Assembly: GCF_006345805.1 (NCBI RefSeq)
Contig: NC_042998.1
Coordinates: forward strand, 109,368,001 to 109,432,000
Source of the DNA: Octopus sinensis
Taxonomy: Eukaryota
DNA length: 64,000 nt
Direction of reading: 5' to 3'
Each line of letters begins with the position of its first letter. Position 1 is the stretch's first letter. A program made the translations under genes and the position numbers. The notes under the pieces are model-generated. The model searched no databases. It saw only the letters and a list, made by a program, of their open reading frames with translations, and was not told the DNA's origin. Positions 25,505 to 40,650 of this stretch are shown here, piece by piece.

Positions 25505-27157
25505 TAGCTGGTGGTGGTGGTGGTGGTGGTGGTGGTGATGATGATGATGATGAAGATGAACACAAACTTAAGTGAATTAAACACATTATGGCAATTAAGA
25601 AACACATCTATGATTCCATTTGTAATTAGTACAACTGGAATGATGCAGAACCACTTCTGTAATGATATTGACAGATCACTTACAAAGATAGAGAGAGGCA
25701 CATTGTAAACAATATCAATACTAAGATGTTTAAATATTATGGCATTTTCATATGACTTTGATTAACTTTTGAACTGATGTCAGTGACCAGGTCACAGTTG
25801 TGTGATTGAAAATTTGACACCTCATGAAATAAATTTAAATTTAAAGTGATTTTAACAGTTTATGTTTAATTAAATACTCTTTTCATGATGTAGTTGCTTC
25901 AATGTCAACAAACACTCTCAGATGGAGTCACTAGCCAGAAATTTTTATGTTTTCTAAGTTGTACCTAATTTATTTTTCAAAAATAGAAACTATTGTGTTT
26001 TCTCAAATCATGTTTAAGAAAGATAATAACTAGCAGGATCTATGAAAATTCTACGTTTTAAAAGTGTTCTTGTTTCTGTTTTGGATCCATAAATTTATAG
26101 TTCTTCATAACATTGTTTCATTATGTTAATAATTTCAACTGTGTTTTATTTATTTCTTTAGTTAGGCTCGTTGAAAGTGTAAAACTTGAACTAGTTTGAA
26201 ATTGTTAGAAATTTCGATTATACCTTCAATTTCAATCTACAGTTAAGATTGTTTGAGGTGTAACACATGAATTTGTTTTATTATTTTAAAAGTTTCAATT
26301 ATATTTCTGACTCCTTTCCATACTGAAAATTGTTTAAAGCATAATACTCAAAACTGTTTCAGAATGTTAAATATTTTGATTATGGTTTCAGTTTTGTCAC
26401 ATAGTTCAGGTTATTGAAAGCATAACTTTCGAATTTATTCCATAATGTTAAAGATCTTAATTTCAAAATATGATTGCAAAATAGGCTTTGATATTTATGA
26501 AAAAAAAAAAATTAAATAATTCTAGCAGTATTATTTAGATACATTTTTGTTATACATTTTTTTCTCATTGTGGTTGTCCTGTCTCCAATTTTTGTTATTT
26601 ATTTTTATTTTGTATTGTTAATAAAATCCATGTGACAGATATAAAATATCTAATAAAGAACTTCATTCAGAAAAACATATATATTGCATATTTACATGAA
26701 AAAGTGCATATAATCATATATTGAATATATCAAAGATTTATTTCATAGAATTCACCCTTGAATAACCCCATAATTATATTCATCCTTAGACATTAGTACA
26801 ACATTGTTCAAAATAGAAATATACTTATCCCTAAACAAAACTGCAACCATGAATTCTATAAGTACATAAATATAAAATATAGGTAAGTATATTCCACTAA
26901 CATATACTCTATTCCAATTATAAGCAGTTTATTCCATATTATATATTACTTAACTTATATACTGAAATATAGATGTAAACTAATATTAACATTGACTATT
27001 ATTGACAGGCAAGTATGACCAACAAATGTGTGAAATGCAAGCATTTTAATTTTTATCTTCTCTCCAAATAATCACAGCCTTAAACTTATATGAATTCCGT
27101 TCTTAATCATCTTGCAATCTCTCTTTCTCACCTTTAACCACACACTCACACATGCCT

Positions 27158-27228
<71 letters not shown>

Positions 27229-27610
27229 ACACACACACATACTTCAGTTATAACCATGAAGAATTTTAGTGTGATACTGGACTGTGTTAGCCAGTATCAG
27301 AGTGGTTTATTTGCTGTTGGCTGATTAGCTATAAAAATACTCACATGCAACAAGAAAAGATAAACACTGTTAGTTTATCTAGCAAAGAACTTATAAATTT
27401 GATTGATAATTTATGTAGTTTGGAAATGCTTTGGTCTAATAACTAACACAGTCATTCACTATGTGACAGATACATGGTTTAACTCATATGGTCAGATCTG
27501 TTAACTTTGGCTGTCTTAGATCAAACTACATATAAATTTATGCTATAAGAAAAAATTTTGAGCAATAATATAGTTAATTACTATATATACATATATATTT
27601 ATATATAATC

Positions 27611-27999
27611 ACAGTTGTGGCCGATGCCAGTGCTGTCTGACTGGCACCCATGCTGGTGGCATGTAAAAAGCACCGTTCAAGCATTGGGCTTCATGGAGGC
27701 AAGATAGGTAACCAAGACCTTTGGCAATATATCATACTTGTGTTGACCTGTCAAAGCAAATGAAACTGTAGTCGTGACTGATGCCGGTGTCAGGTCAATG
27801 GCACCCATGGCGGTGACATGTAAAAAACACACTACACTATCAGAGTGGTTGGCATTAGAAGGGGCATCCAGCCATAGAAACCTAGCCAAATTAGATTGGA
27901 ACATGGAGCAGCTTCCCAGCTTACCAGTTTTCAGTCAAACCATCCAACCCATGCCAGCATGGATAACAGATGTTAAATGATGATGATTTTATATCTATA

Positions 28000-28059
<60 letters not shown>

Positions 28060-28062
28060 CAT

Positions 28063-28102
<40 letters not shown>

Positions 28103-28270
28103 TATATATACTACACTCACAGAGTGGTTGGCGTTAGGAAGGGCATCGAGCTGTAGAAACATTGCCAGATCAGACTGAGCCTGGTGCAGCCTTCTGGCTT
28201 CCCAGACCCCAGTTGAACCGTCCAACCCATGCTAGTATGGAAAGCGGACGCTAAATGATGAATGATGATG
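27611..28270 (+). mobile_element. Two RTE 3' UTR-only copies (27611-27986 and 28111-28270) separated by (TA)n
   Basis: Both contain tggttggc.ttag.aagggcatc.agc..tagaaac and end in (GAT)n-like tails. Confidence 0.82.
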
Positions 28271-28756
28271 GAAAATACATAATACATACATATATATATA
28301 ATGTATGTTCACATACTCATGTTTTGAGTTCTATTTTTCCTGTTTGCATCACCAAACCTATACACACACACACACATTAACTAATAGGATATTTATTTAT
28401 GGGAACAGCTTGGAACAGTGACATTTTCTGGATCCATCAGTGTTTCAATACCCTTTAGATCTCATCATCTGGATAAAATGTTTGTAGGTTGCTGTGGCTA
28501 TTTGGCTTTATATTCTAGGTGAAAGACTGTAAAAATAATATTGCTAATTTAGTTTTACCATGCCATCTATCTTTAGTTTGTTACTCTTGTAATATATGTT
28601 TGATGAATTTTGCATAATATAAAGTTACTTATACAAATTTCTTGGCCATTCTTTGAAGTGATCTACAAATAAGATAGTTATGTTATCAACTAATTACTGA
28701 TCATTACTTTTGTGTTGTGTGTTATACTTTGTTTTAATGGCTTCTTTTTTTCTCAG

Positions 28757-28770
28757 GTGTAAGGTTGAAA
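28757..28770 (+). other. Candidate 14-nt microexon upstream of the HCN S5 exon
   Basis: cttcttttttttctcag|GTGTAAGGTTGAAA|gtgagt: strong acceptor, consensus donor, TGCATG at 28834-28839. No transcript evidence. Confidence 0.35.
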
Positions 28771-29307
28771 GTGAGTATGTTAGTTACTTTATACCAAATG
28801 TAACAGAGTTGTCAAGTTTACAACTACCATGCTTGCATGTTTTTTTGAGGGTTTTTTTGTAGATTATACTGAGAATCTGAAATTTAAAAATCTCTTCATT
28901 AGTTATCCACTAGAAATTTGAAAATTGATAACAGAAAATCCATTAAATTTATAAATTCATTTACAAACTTGCAGGGATTAACCTCATATAACTCTAACTG
29001 TTACATTTGATATAAAGTATCAAGCAGTCTTACTAGATGACCTAACCCATAAAAAAGATAAACTATTAAAATACATTATAATACACAATAGAAAATGAAC
29101 TTAGATACAAATCTGTGTTTGAAAACTCAGAAATTATTTATAAATTATCACAGAAGTTATATAAATAGTATGAATTAATGTTCAAAAAGAAAAAAAAAAC
29201 TCATTACATAAATATCATACTCTAGTAACAAACTAACTCCAGACAGCATGTCCAAGCTATTTCCTGATTACTTAGAAAGTCAGGTGGTCAGGAGAGGGGA
29301 ATATTTA

Positions 29308-29760
29308 CAAGGTCTGATCAAAAAGTATCAGGACCGATGCTGTGAAAAGTAAACCACAATACATGTCAATTTCGCATTTACTCTCCTTCAAAGTGGTCCT
29401 CTTCTGATGCCATAAACTTTATCTAATGACAATTCCATTGATGGGAGCATTCCTGGAACTCCTTTTTTGGGATAGCAAGTAACTGCCTCATCTCATTCTG
29501 TTTGATTTCCTTGACTTCTTGAAATCTTGTTGTAGATTTTCTGCTCTTGAAATCTTGTAGATTTTCTGCTCTTGAAATCTCTTGAAATTTTTTGAAATCC
29601 CTTAAAATTTCTTTGATGTCTTGAAATCTTGTTGATGCAGATTCTCTGCTCAATTTCTCTGGTATAGTCACTGATGGAATTTCTGTGGTCACCCGTATAG
29701 TTAACCAGGTGATACACAAAAGAGTCAAACCCAATAAATGTTGTAGCAGCATAATAGTCA
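29308..29760 (-). mobile_element. 3' remnant of a further mariner family, abutting the RTE insertion
   Basis: TA then caaggtctgatcaaaaagtatcaggac TIR-like end. Minus strand reads IKQNEMRQLLAIPKKEFQEC..QW, with internal short tandem repeats at about 29510-29630. Confidence 0.65.
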
Positions 29761-29768
29761 ACTGCTAC

Positions 29769-31700
29769 AAAGGTAAAGGTGAAGCTTTAGATACAAATGA
29801 TTACAGAGGTATCAAGTTGTTGGATCAGTAATGAAGTTCACGGAGAGGGTCATAGCCCAACTAATTAGGGAGAGAGTCAATTTAGATGAGATGTAGTTTG
29901 GGTTCATGCCAGAGAAAAGCACTACTGATGCTATATTTCTGGTAAGACAGCTGCAGGAGAAATACCTACCCAAAGATAAACCTTGGCACCTGGCTTTCGT
30001 TGACATGGAGAAAGCCTTTGACAGGGTCCCCTGATCCCTTATCTGGTGGTGAATGAGGAAACTAGGGATAGATGAATGGTTAGTGAGAGGGACACTGTCA
30101 GTAAGGTGAGAGTTGGCAATGAGTACAGTGAAGAATTCCAGGTGGAGGTAGGGGTTCACTAAGGATCAGTCCCCAGCCCCCTCCTATTTATCATAGTCCT
30201 CCAGGCAATAACATAGGAATTCAAGACAGGTTGCCCCTGGGAGCTCCTCTATGCTGATGACCTTGCTCTAATTGCAGAGTCACTATCAGAACTAGAGGAG
30301 AAATTTCAGGTGTGGAAGCAAGGATTAAAATCGAAAGGCCTCAGAGTTAATCTAGCTAAAACCAAAGTCCTAATAAGTAGGAAGGCTGACAAACCACAAA
30401 TCCCTGCTCAATCTATAGAAAAGCATAGGTAGAAACTCTATAAGATGTACCCAGTGTAAGCTATGGACACATAAGAGGTGGGGTAATATCAAAGGAAGGC
30501 TAACTGAAAATGTGCAGAGAACAACTTCTGCCGCATTCCAGGGAGGAAAACTAAGTAGTTGATAGCTTCTGTTACCAAGTCAGTAGTTTGGGTGGATGCT
30601 CTGAAAGTGTAGCTGCTAGAATAAGAATAGCCTGGGCAAAGTTCAGACAGCTCTTACCTCTGCTGGTGACAAAGGGCCTCTTGCTCAGAGTAAAAGGTAA
30701 ACTGTATGACGCATGTGTATGAACAGCCATGCTATATGGCAGTGAAACATGGGCCGTGACTGCTGAGGACATGCGTAAGCTTGCATGAATGAAGCTAGTA
30801 TGCTCTGCTGGATGTGTTATGTCAGAGTGCATACTCAAGTGTAAGTGCCTTGAGAGAAAGTTGAACCTAAGAAGCATCAGATATGGTGTGCAAGAGAGAC
30901 GACTGTGCTGGTATGGTCACGTGGTGAGAATGGATGAGGACAACTGTGTGAAAAAGTGCCACACCCTAGCGGTTGAGGGAACCTGTGGAAAAGGTAGGCC
31001 CAGGAAGACCTGGGATGAGGTGGTGAAACACAACCTTCAAACATTGGGCCTCGCCGAGGCAATGACTAGTGGCCGAGACCTTTGGAAATACGCTGTGCTT
31101 GAGAAGACCCGGCAAGCCAAGTGAGACCATAACCTGTGGCCTGTGCCAGAGGTATAACCAGCCCACTTATGTGTACCTTTCCTTCTTCCTGCTTGTGAAG
31201 ACCTGTTGAGGCAAGTGAAATCGAAATTGAAATCAAATTCGATGACTGGCATCCATGCAAGTGGAATGCTAAGAGCACCATCCAAGCATGATCGTTGCCA
31301 GAGCAGCTGACTGGCTTCCATGCCGGTGGCACGTAAAAGCACCATTCAAGCGTGATCGTTACCAGCGTCACCTTACTGGCACTTGTGTCAGTGGCATGTG
31401 AGAAAATATTCAAGTGTGGTCTTTGCCAGTGCCGCTGGACTGGCTCCTGTGCAGGTGGCATGTAAAAAACACCATTTGAGCATGGCCATTGCCAGTACCG
31501 CCTGACTGGCCCCCGTGCCAGTAGCACATAAAAGCACCCACTACACTCTCGGAGTGGTTGGCATTAGGAAGGGCATCCAGCTGTAGAAACTCTGCCAGAT
31601 CAAGATTGGAGCCTGGTGCAGCCATCTGGTTCGCCAGTCCTCAGTCAAATCATCAACCCATGCCGGCATGGAAAGCAGACGTTAAACGATGATGATGATG
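29769..31700 (+). mobile_element. 5'-truncated, decayed RTE-clade LINE (RT domain, C-terminus, modular 3' UTR, (GAT)n tail)
   Basis: Interrupted frames give YRGIKLLDQ, FGFMPEKSTTDAIFLVRQLQEKY, AFVDMEKAFDRVP, LLYADDLALIAES and WYGHVVRMD..GRPRKTWDEVV, with a stop at 31122-31124, then the 3' UTR and gatgatgatg. Confidence 0.9.
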
Positions 31701-32089
31701 TATGTATGTATGTATGTAAAACACTCATGATAGTGCCACAGAAAAGTGCCCGTGTGGTGTCATGTAAAAGTGCCTGTGTTACATCTAAAGGGCCCATGCA
31801 GTGGCACATAAAGGCTCCTGTGCAGCAACATGTAAAAGCACTCGTGCAATAAAAGCATCCAGCACACTCTGTAAAGTGGTTGACATTAGGAAGGGCATCT
31901 AACCATAGAAACCATGCCAAATCAGACTAGATTCTGGTTCAGCCTCTCAGCTTGCCAGCTCTGGTCAAAATGTCCAACCCATGCCAGCATGGACAACAGA
32001 CATTAAATGATGACAATGATGAAATGGGACATTATATGACTAGATTGTAATGAATCTTACAAGTAATTTATATATGTATATTTTTATAT

Positions 32090-32129
<40 letters not shown>

Positions 32130-32819
32130 GTAAATTAATCCACAAGCACTAAAACAAACTGAGTCCTCCAATAGCTCCATTTGCAAAAAGATTTGCAAGG
32201 CACCAGCAGGCCTCAAGAGACACATTCATGTTCATAGAACATGATGAGTGCTTTATTCTACTGAACTCTCATTTGTCATTCACAACAAGAGAATTCATCA
32301 TATATATATATATAACTGCAGGCATGCCTTGAAGAATTTTGCTCGAATGAATTAATCCCAGTACTTGGTCACATTTAGGAATCCCTTTTAGAGTTTAGTG
32401 GAACAAATCAACCCCAGAACTTATTCTCTCAATCACTTTTGCCAAGATTACAGTGATGTAAATAAATTAACACCAGTTGCCAAATGGTGATGAAAGACAA
32501 ACATGAAGGCATGCAAACATAAATGCATATGCATAGACATATATGTGTGAGTATGTGTGTGTATATATATATGTATATATATGTGTGTGTAAATATACAT
32601 GTATATATATATTATATATATATATATACATATACATAAATGACAGACTTGTGTATCCACAGATTCCATTCACCAAATTCATTCTGTGGGCATTGGTCTG
32701 TTGAGATCTATAGAAGAAAATAATTGCCCAAGGTCCAATGCAGTGTGACTGAACCCAAAACTACATGGTTGCAAAGTGAGCTTCTTAAGCACATATGCAT
32801 GCCTGCACTAATATAAATA

Positions 32820-33120
<301 letters not shown>

Positions 33121-34506
33121 ATTAATATAAACAGTTGCACACAATACAATGCCATAAAGGAAAAATTCAGACATGTCTAAATAGGTGAAAGGTTTGCTTT
33201 TCAATCATGAGGTCCCTGATGCTAAAACTGATGAACTCAAACCTTGTGAATAAAATTGTGTAGATAGAAAATGTTTTGAACTTATACCAACATTCATGGA
33301 ATTATTTTGATTCAAAGAAGCTTTATGAGTCTGTTAGTAACTATGATTCAAATAAATCTCAAAGGACACCTTCATACACACATACTTGTGTACATATCAC
33401 ACATATGTACTTATCTACACACACAAACACACCTACATATATACATAAACCATACATATGTACATACAGAGAAAGGAAGATTGAGAGAATAAAATATATA
33501 AAAAGAGAGTGTATATTAAGAAAGAAAAAGATTGAAAGTGAAGAGAATGCCTTTTGATTTGTCTGATATATGACGATAAATATATATTTTGCTATGTATT
33601 GTAACTTTTATAAATATTTTTTATAAAATTGAGTGTCTACAATTCTGTCATATTTATATACAACTTAATAACTCAAGATAATTTTGTTCAATTAATTTTC
33701 AATTGAATATGTACTAATTTTCATATTCATACACGTGTGTGTGAATGTATGTCTTTACATATTCCTCTATGTATATATGTACATATGAATGTATATCTTA
33801 TATGTTAATATACTAATATATGCAGATATGATCAGGTCACCTGTATGAACAGGGGTGAACATGCATTTGTGAATGTGTGTATGATTCTGTGTGTGTCTAC
33901 CTCTCAATGTGAGAGGAATTGTTGAGTTTAAAAATGCATCAAGGAAAGTAAAAGCAAGGTTAAAGTTTTATTCATTCCAGACTATGCTAACTTGTTTAAC
34001 ATATAAATGTAATTTGATACATATATTTCCTATATTTATTCACTAAATAAATCAATATATACATATATATTATGTGCATATATATATATATGTATATATT
34101 GTACATCCTTATATTTTTTAAAGTGTTATTGGTGTAGCTAGGTATAGATGTTTTGATTGTTATTATTGACAGCTTGCAAACATTTGTCAGGACAAGAACA
34201 ACGGAAACACTCGGAGAAAAAAAGTAAGAATAATTAGATAAACAAAAATAATAAAATATCAGTAATAGTAATAATAATAATAACAACAACAAAAATAATA
34301 CATTTATATCTATTTTAGATATTATTTAAGAATTGTAGAATTAGCATATTTTTTATGTTTGATATTTTGGCTAATATTTTATGTATAAATACTTTTTATT
34401 TTTAAATTTCGTCTGCATTATGTATATATACATATATGTGTGTGTGTGTGTGTGTGCGTGTATGCTATATATATGTGTGTGTGTGTGTGTATGTATATAT
34501 ATATAT

Positions 34507-34538
<32 letters not shown>

Positions 34539-34540
34539 TG

Positions 34541-34586
<46 letters not shown>

Positions 34587-34688
34587 TATATATTATATAT
34601 ATATATATTGTATATATATGTTATATATATATATATATATGTATATATATGTATATATATATTATATGTATATATTATATGTATATGT

Positions 34689-34758
<70 letters not shown>

Positions 34759-34797
34759 ATATACACACATACATATACGTGTGTGTGTGTGTGTATA

Positions 34798-35020
34798 CAA
34801 GAGGACGCTGAAAAGTTCCTGGTTTTGCTTAAAAGAAAATAAAGAAGCATCAGTTAATTATGATTTTATCAAACATATTCCTGACTAAGATTCACACACT
34901 TATTGGAGATACAGCATTCCTTCAGTTTTTCTAAGCTCTGTAAAAGAACTTGGAAGGTTGGACCTCCAGCCAGTTCTTTCATAATACCCTTAAAACCAGG
35001 AACTTTTCAGTAGCCCCTCA
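34798..35020 (-). mobile_element. Mariner-derived MITE (223 bp)
   Basis: TA-flanked TIRs ..ctgaaaagttcctggtttt / aaaaccaggaacttttcag... The interior retains the 3' end of a transposase gene. Confidence 0.85.
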
Positions 35021-35643
35021 TATATAAATATATATATATAAGCTTACGGTTGATGAGGGCAAATATTGTTGACTACTAACATTTAGTGTTGAAGTGTATA
35101 CCACCATCAGCTAACAATATAATCATACAATTTCACTGTGATATTGTGAAATGGTGAAATCTCATTGGAAATCTTTGCTGTCAACTCAAACCTTCTGTGA
35201 CTTACTTTTTCACTTTCAAAATAAGTTGGAGATATGGAAGTGTCTTGCTGGATGCAATAATTATTGGAACTTGTTTCAATTTTTTCTTTTATTTTTTGTT
35301 CATATTGCATTCTTTTACATTTATTTCCTGTTGTTAGTTTTAAATTACATACTTGCATTGCTGACCATCATTTAAAGCTTGCTACATCCATTCCACCCAT
35401 TGTCAAGACATTTAACTCTGCCTCAACAACAATAGTTGTTAGCTTATTGACAAACCTGAATACTCATTAATTGTTTAAGCTAAGAATATAAAAAATATAT
35501 TTCAAATAGAAAAAAAATTGCTCATATTTATGCAGCTATCCTTTTTCAAAAGAATAATATTTTATCCATTCTGGCATGGGAACAAATGTTTGTAAATATA
35601 TGTATAGATATGTATGTTTGTGTATCAATGTATCTATCTCTCT

Positions 35644-35697
<54 letters not shown>

Positions 35698-36084
35698 ATA
35701 TATATCAGACTCTTACAATCTGTATATGAAAGAGGAAGATAGTACTCAATAGGCAGCTGGGATGTATTTAAAAACAGTTTTGGTTACTATTCAAGATTCA
35801 CATTCTAGGATCCTTCAAATCTCAAAAGGTACAGAATGTTCCACTCAAGTGACTGAACAATATAATATATTATCTACCTAACTATATGGCTAGCTATATA
35901 TATATATAAATATATATATATATACATATGTGTGTGTGTGTGTGTGTATATAGTTGAAATTTATAGTAAAACAAAAGACAAAGACAGGTGTATGAACAAC
36001 AGGTGTATATAAGTACATGTATGTGAGTAATTGTGCATTTATACATATACACATACACACATATATATATACATACAAACACAC

Positions 36085-36123
<39 letters not shown>

Positions 36124-36736
36124 TATACATATAGATATAGATAATGTTACACTTTATGTGTGTATATGTATATGTGTGCGTGTGTATTTCTGATTTTCGA
36201 CTGATGATTGAGTTTAGCTTTATTGTATGATATGTGAAACATGTCAGTAGATTAATGTTCCAGTGTTATTTTAAATTATTCACATTTCCACCAAAAGGAT
36301 GTATTGAGCAAGTTTGTATTTTGTATTAATGCATTAACAAAATATTTGCATGTGTGTGTATCTGCTTGAATATATCTGGGTGTATATGTATGTGTACACA
36401 TACAGATACACGCACATACACACATATATATACACATACGCATGCGCATACACATGCACACACACACATGCATATACATGTATGTGTGTGTGTGTGTGTT
36501 AGTGTGTGAGTGCATTTGCAAGTGTGTGTATGTGTGTGTGTGTGCAGTTAAGAATAGAAATATGTAACTTTATATTTGTTTTCATTTGAAAATGCATTTC
36601 AAAACCACCAGTTTTGAGTCTAAATTCATTTAAATATGTTTTATATCATTTTATCTTTTGTAACTACATCAATTCACATATTCTCTCATATACATCTATT
36701 CATGCAAATATATAAACTAATACATACATACATACA

Positions 36737-36770
<34 letters not shown>

Positions 36771-38378
36771 CATACATACGTATACACACAAAGACACACA
36801 CACACAAACACACATACACATACACACACATTTATAGAATGCACAAGTACACTTGTACATATATATAGTTTATGATCTTTGCATTAAGCTATGCTTTCTA
36901 TCAGTCTACATGTGCTATATATATATATAAATTTTTAATTATAAGTGATATGGCTTCTGATTTTGAGGTATTTCATTAATCGGCAATTTTCACTAGAGGC
37001 TTCCATATCACTCAAATGACTATAAGAGTGAAATCTTACACACGCACATGCATATATAGATGGATGCATGTATATTTCCAAAGACGTGTTAATGCATGTA
37101 TACTTATCCATTTAAGTGTGTGTGTGTGTGTGTATGTAGCACCTCTTGGTATCACAATAAATCATATACTTTACATAATTACATATTGAGTCCTCATTTA
37201 AACTATGGTCTTCTCAGATCTATACTGACCATATTCCACAGACAAATACCAATATGTTAAAATGCTTACAGGAAAATTTTTTGATTTTTAAAAAATCATT
37301 TCTGTCATTAGAGGACGTATCATAATTACCAAAGGGCAATTATGACCAGCTCCACTTGAAAAGGGGAGATAATCTTAAGATTAAAAATCTCTCATAATTA
37401 ACATCATTAAGGAAAAGGACAGGCTTTAGAGAGAGGACAGTTGTGGACACATGTCTCTGGCTCAACAGACTTCATCTGCAAGACAATTGTCCCACCATAT
37501 TTCCATTAGCCAAAGGACTTAGGCTTATACAAAACAAAGCAGAAAACAGTAATGGCCTAGCATTTCAACAAAATGAGCTAAGAGAAATAACTGGCCAGTG
37601 GCATGTATTTGACTTACACGGACAAAGACCAGTATGTTAAATAACTTATTACAAAATCCTCTAGAGGATATCATATATATGTCAACAAGATTCATATCTT
37701 ATAACTGGAATCAAAAACTTTTAGTTTAATGTGTCGATTATTTCTTAACTACAGGAATTTGATAACAAAATTAAGATAACAAGATGTTTATACCCTCATG
37801 TGTGACAAGTCACTATTATTAACTATTATAAGGAATCTGAAGTTGTCTAACCTCTCAGCAGAGCAAAGTGAAGGTATTTCGGTATCTTATCAGTTAGGAT
37901 TTAGTTGGTTAAAATATACATTTGTATTCCACTCTTCATGGCCAAATATTATTGATGATAGGGAAGAGAAGAATAGTCACAGAAACATTTCTAGGTCAAA
38001 GAAGTTTACTAAAAGATTAATAAATGCATTTGTCATGGACCCTACTCATTTCTAATCAGTTGTAGAGCATTCTCTGAATATATGACTTGATAAGATGGAT
38101 ATCATACATATACATACACACAAACACATACATAGACACACTTTCCATAAATAACCTATAATATAGTCAATTACCAAACTGCATGAATAGCCTGTTTATT
38201 TTCTTATTCCAGCATGTCTTAGAATATAATGGTTTGTTCTCTCCTATTTTGCTATTATAGTGTTATTTTGGCAGATCTTTATTACTTTTTTTTAGCATTT
38301 ATTTATCTTCTTTATTTTTAGAGACAGTTGACAAAAAAATCACTGCTGAAAAATAATTTATTTCTTTTTTAATTTCAG

Positions 38379-38528
38379 TTCTTAGCGCTGGCTGGCAAGT
38401 TTATGCGAATATTTAACTTGATATGCCTGATGTTCCTGCTTGGTCACTGGAACGGTTGCCTGCAGTTCCTCGTGCCCATGTTGCAAGATTTCCCCAAAGA
38501 TTGTTGGGTGTCCATTGAAGAATTGCAG
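38379..38528 (+). CDS. HCN: HCN channel internal exon: end of S4-S5 linker, S5 and S5-pore loop ([50 protein letters not shown])
   Basis: Acceptor ttttttaatttcag, donor CAG|gtcagg, 150 nt, phase 0/0. Translation matches the HCN S5 signature [30 protein letters not shown] and joins in frame to the exon at 52150. Confidence 0.95.
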
Positions 38529-39343
38529 GTCAGGTAAATTTTAATTTACGAAATGTCTTATTTCCAAAGACAACAAAATGTATGTTCTTAAATTGATGTA
38601 ATAATTACTTACTATATGTGCATATGTGAGTGTGTGTGTGTGTGGTGTGTGTGTGTGTGTGTGTGTGTGTGTCTGTGTGTGTATGTGTGTGTGTGTCTGT
38701 GTGTGTGCGTAAACCTAGATTTTGATTGAGGAAAACTCTGACTAAAAGCATTCCAGCTGTGGTTCTCCCATCTTGTACCCAAACTTATTGTATCTAACAA
38801 CTATATTATCCAACATGTCCTTTCTATTTAAAGATAACATGGTGTGATCTGAGAGAGAGAGAGGTTATTGACCAATAACTCAACTCTAACAATTTAGAGG
38901 CTCCTTTGTTGATCTTTCTCTCAAACATTCATTTCTTACTCAATGCTATCACCAACAACCTAATACTTTTATCATGTATGATATGTAATAATGAGTTTGA
39001 GTTAAAATCTCACTGAGATTGACTTTATGCTTCAATCCACCAAGATAGATAAAGGAAAATAATTATCAAATACCCAAGTCTCTATAAATGTTTTTACTTA
39101 CTCCTTACTCACCTCATTAAACTACTAAAGCATCACAATTCAACAAGGGAACCTCTCAGCAATCACTCAGCCTGTTTAAGATATCAGCCATATCTCCCTC
39201 TTCAAAGGTACAAGCATAGATCTGTACTTATGAAATCATTTCATAACCATGTTGTTTCAAGCTTGCTCCTATTGCTTGGGGTCTTGAACAAATGTTGCAA
39301 GCCCTGGTTGACTAATACCTTGAGAAGGAATTTGATAGGCAGA

Positions 39344-39389
<46 letters not shown>

Positions 39390-40229
39390 TTATATATGTA
39401 TATATATGCATGTGTGTAAACTAGCATCAGGAATTGGGGTTTGGTAGGTCAAAAATGTTAACTTAGCTATTTGATAAAAAATACTGATTGAAATAAGTTC
39501 TGGAGCCAATTTTATTAACTAAAACCCTTGAGGGTTGTGCTGTTACAGAGGTGAAGAAGTCCAGTGAATCAAACTAGTTAAAATAGATGAATACAGAACT
39601 GAGTATTCACATTATGTTGTTACAGTAGTTGAGTGTTATGGGTTTGAATGTATCATTTATCTTACAAATGTCTGTATTTTGCTTTTAAACAACTGTTTTT
39701 CTGTATTTTACTTTCTTTCTCTGTTATCTTTACTAATATTAATGTCAATGAAGAATATGAACTAACTAAGACCACATCAGAAACAAGTGCAGCAGAAAAT
39801 ATCAAATGAAAATTTTAAAAGTCTTTGTTGTATCTTGGCAGGGTCATTATGCCAATAAGAAACATCTGCACCTGGTCTATTTCTTTTCTTTTGTTGTTAT
39901 TAGACAATTAGTAAACCTTTTAAACAATTGTCTAATCGATTTTTTGATTAATTGTTTGGTCAATCAATCTGTTAGATTCATCATAGTCATTTTGTTATCA
40001 TTTGTGGCTTCATCAATAAGATAGCTGCTTTACTCCAGATCTGTCTCTCTCCTAGTATTCAGATTATATAATTATATTAATTGGGATATGAATGATTATA
40101 TGAAGAAAAAAGAGTCATGTATATGTGTCTGTGAGCATGTGCATGTGTGTATGTATGTGTACACTGTGCATGTTTTATTATTCAATATATGTGCATGTGT
40201 ATATATATATATATATATATGTATATACT

Positions 40230-40267
<38 letters not shown>

Positions 40268-40325
40268 AGTATATGTGTATGTATGTGTATATATATATAT
40301 ATATATACATACATATATATGTATG

Positions 40326-40392
<67 letters not shown>

Positions 40393-40650
40393 GGAAATGT
40401 ATTATAAATTGGAGACACACAAAATAGAGGTGAATGAAATATGAGTGAATAAGTGGACATGGAAAGGCCTTTCATAATGAAAATAGTCTCAGGTGATAAT
40501 TATCGCCATAGACAATGTATGAAAGCACATAATTTGGCTGTAAATGACATTCTCAGATCATAGACTCTGCTTCATTAGCTGGAAATACTGAGTCTGTCAG
40601 AATCCTATATTACATTATATTTATGTAATATAAAATAACATAATATATAC

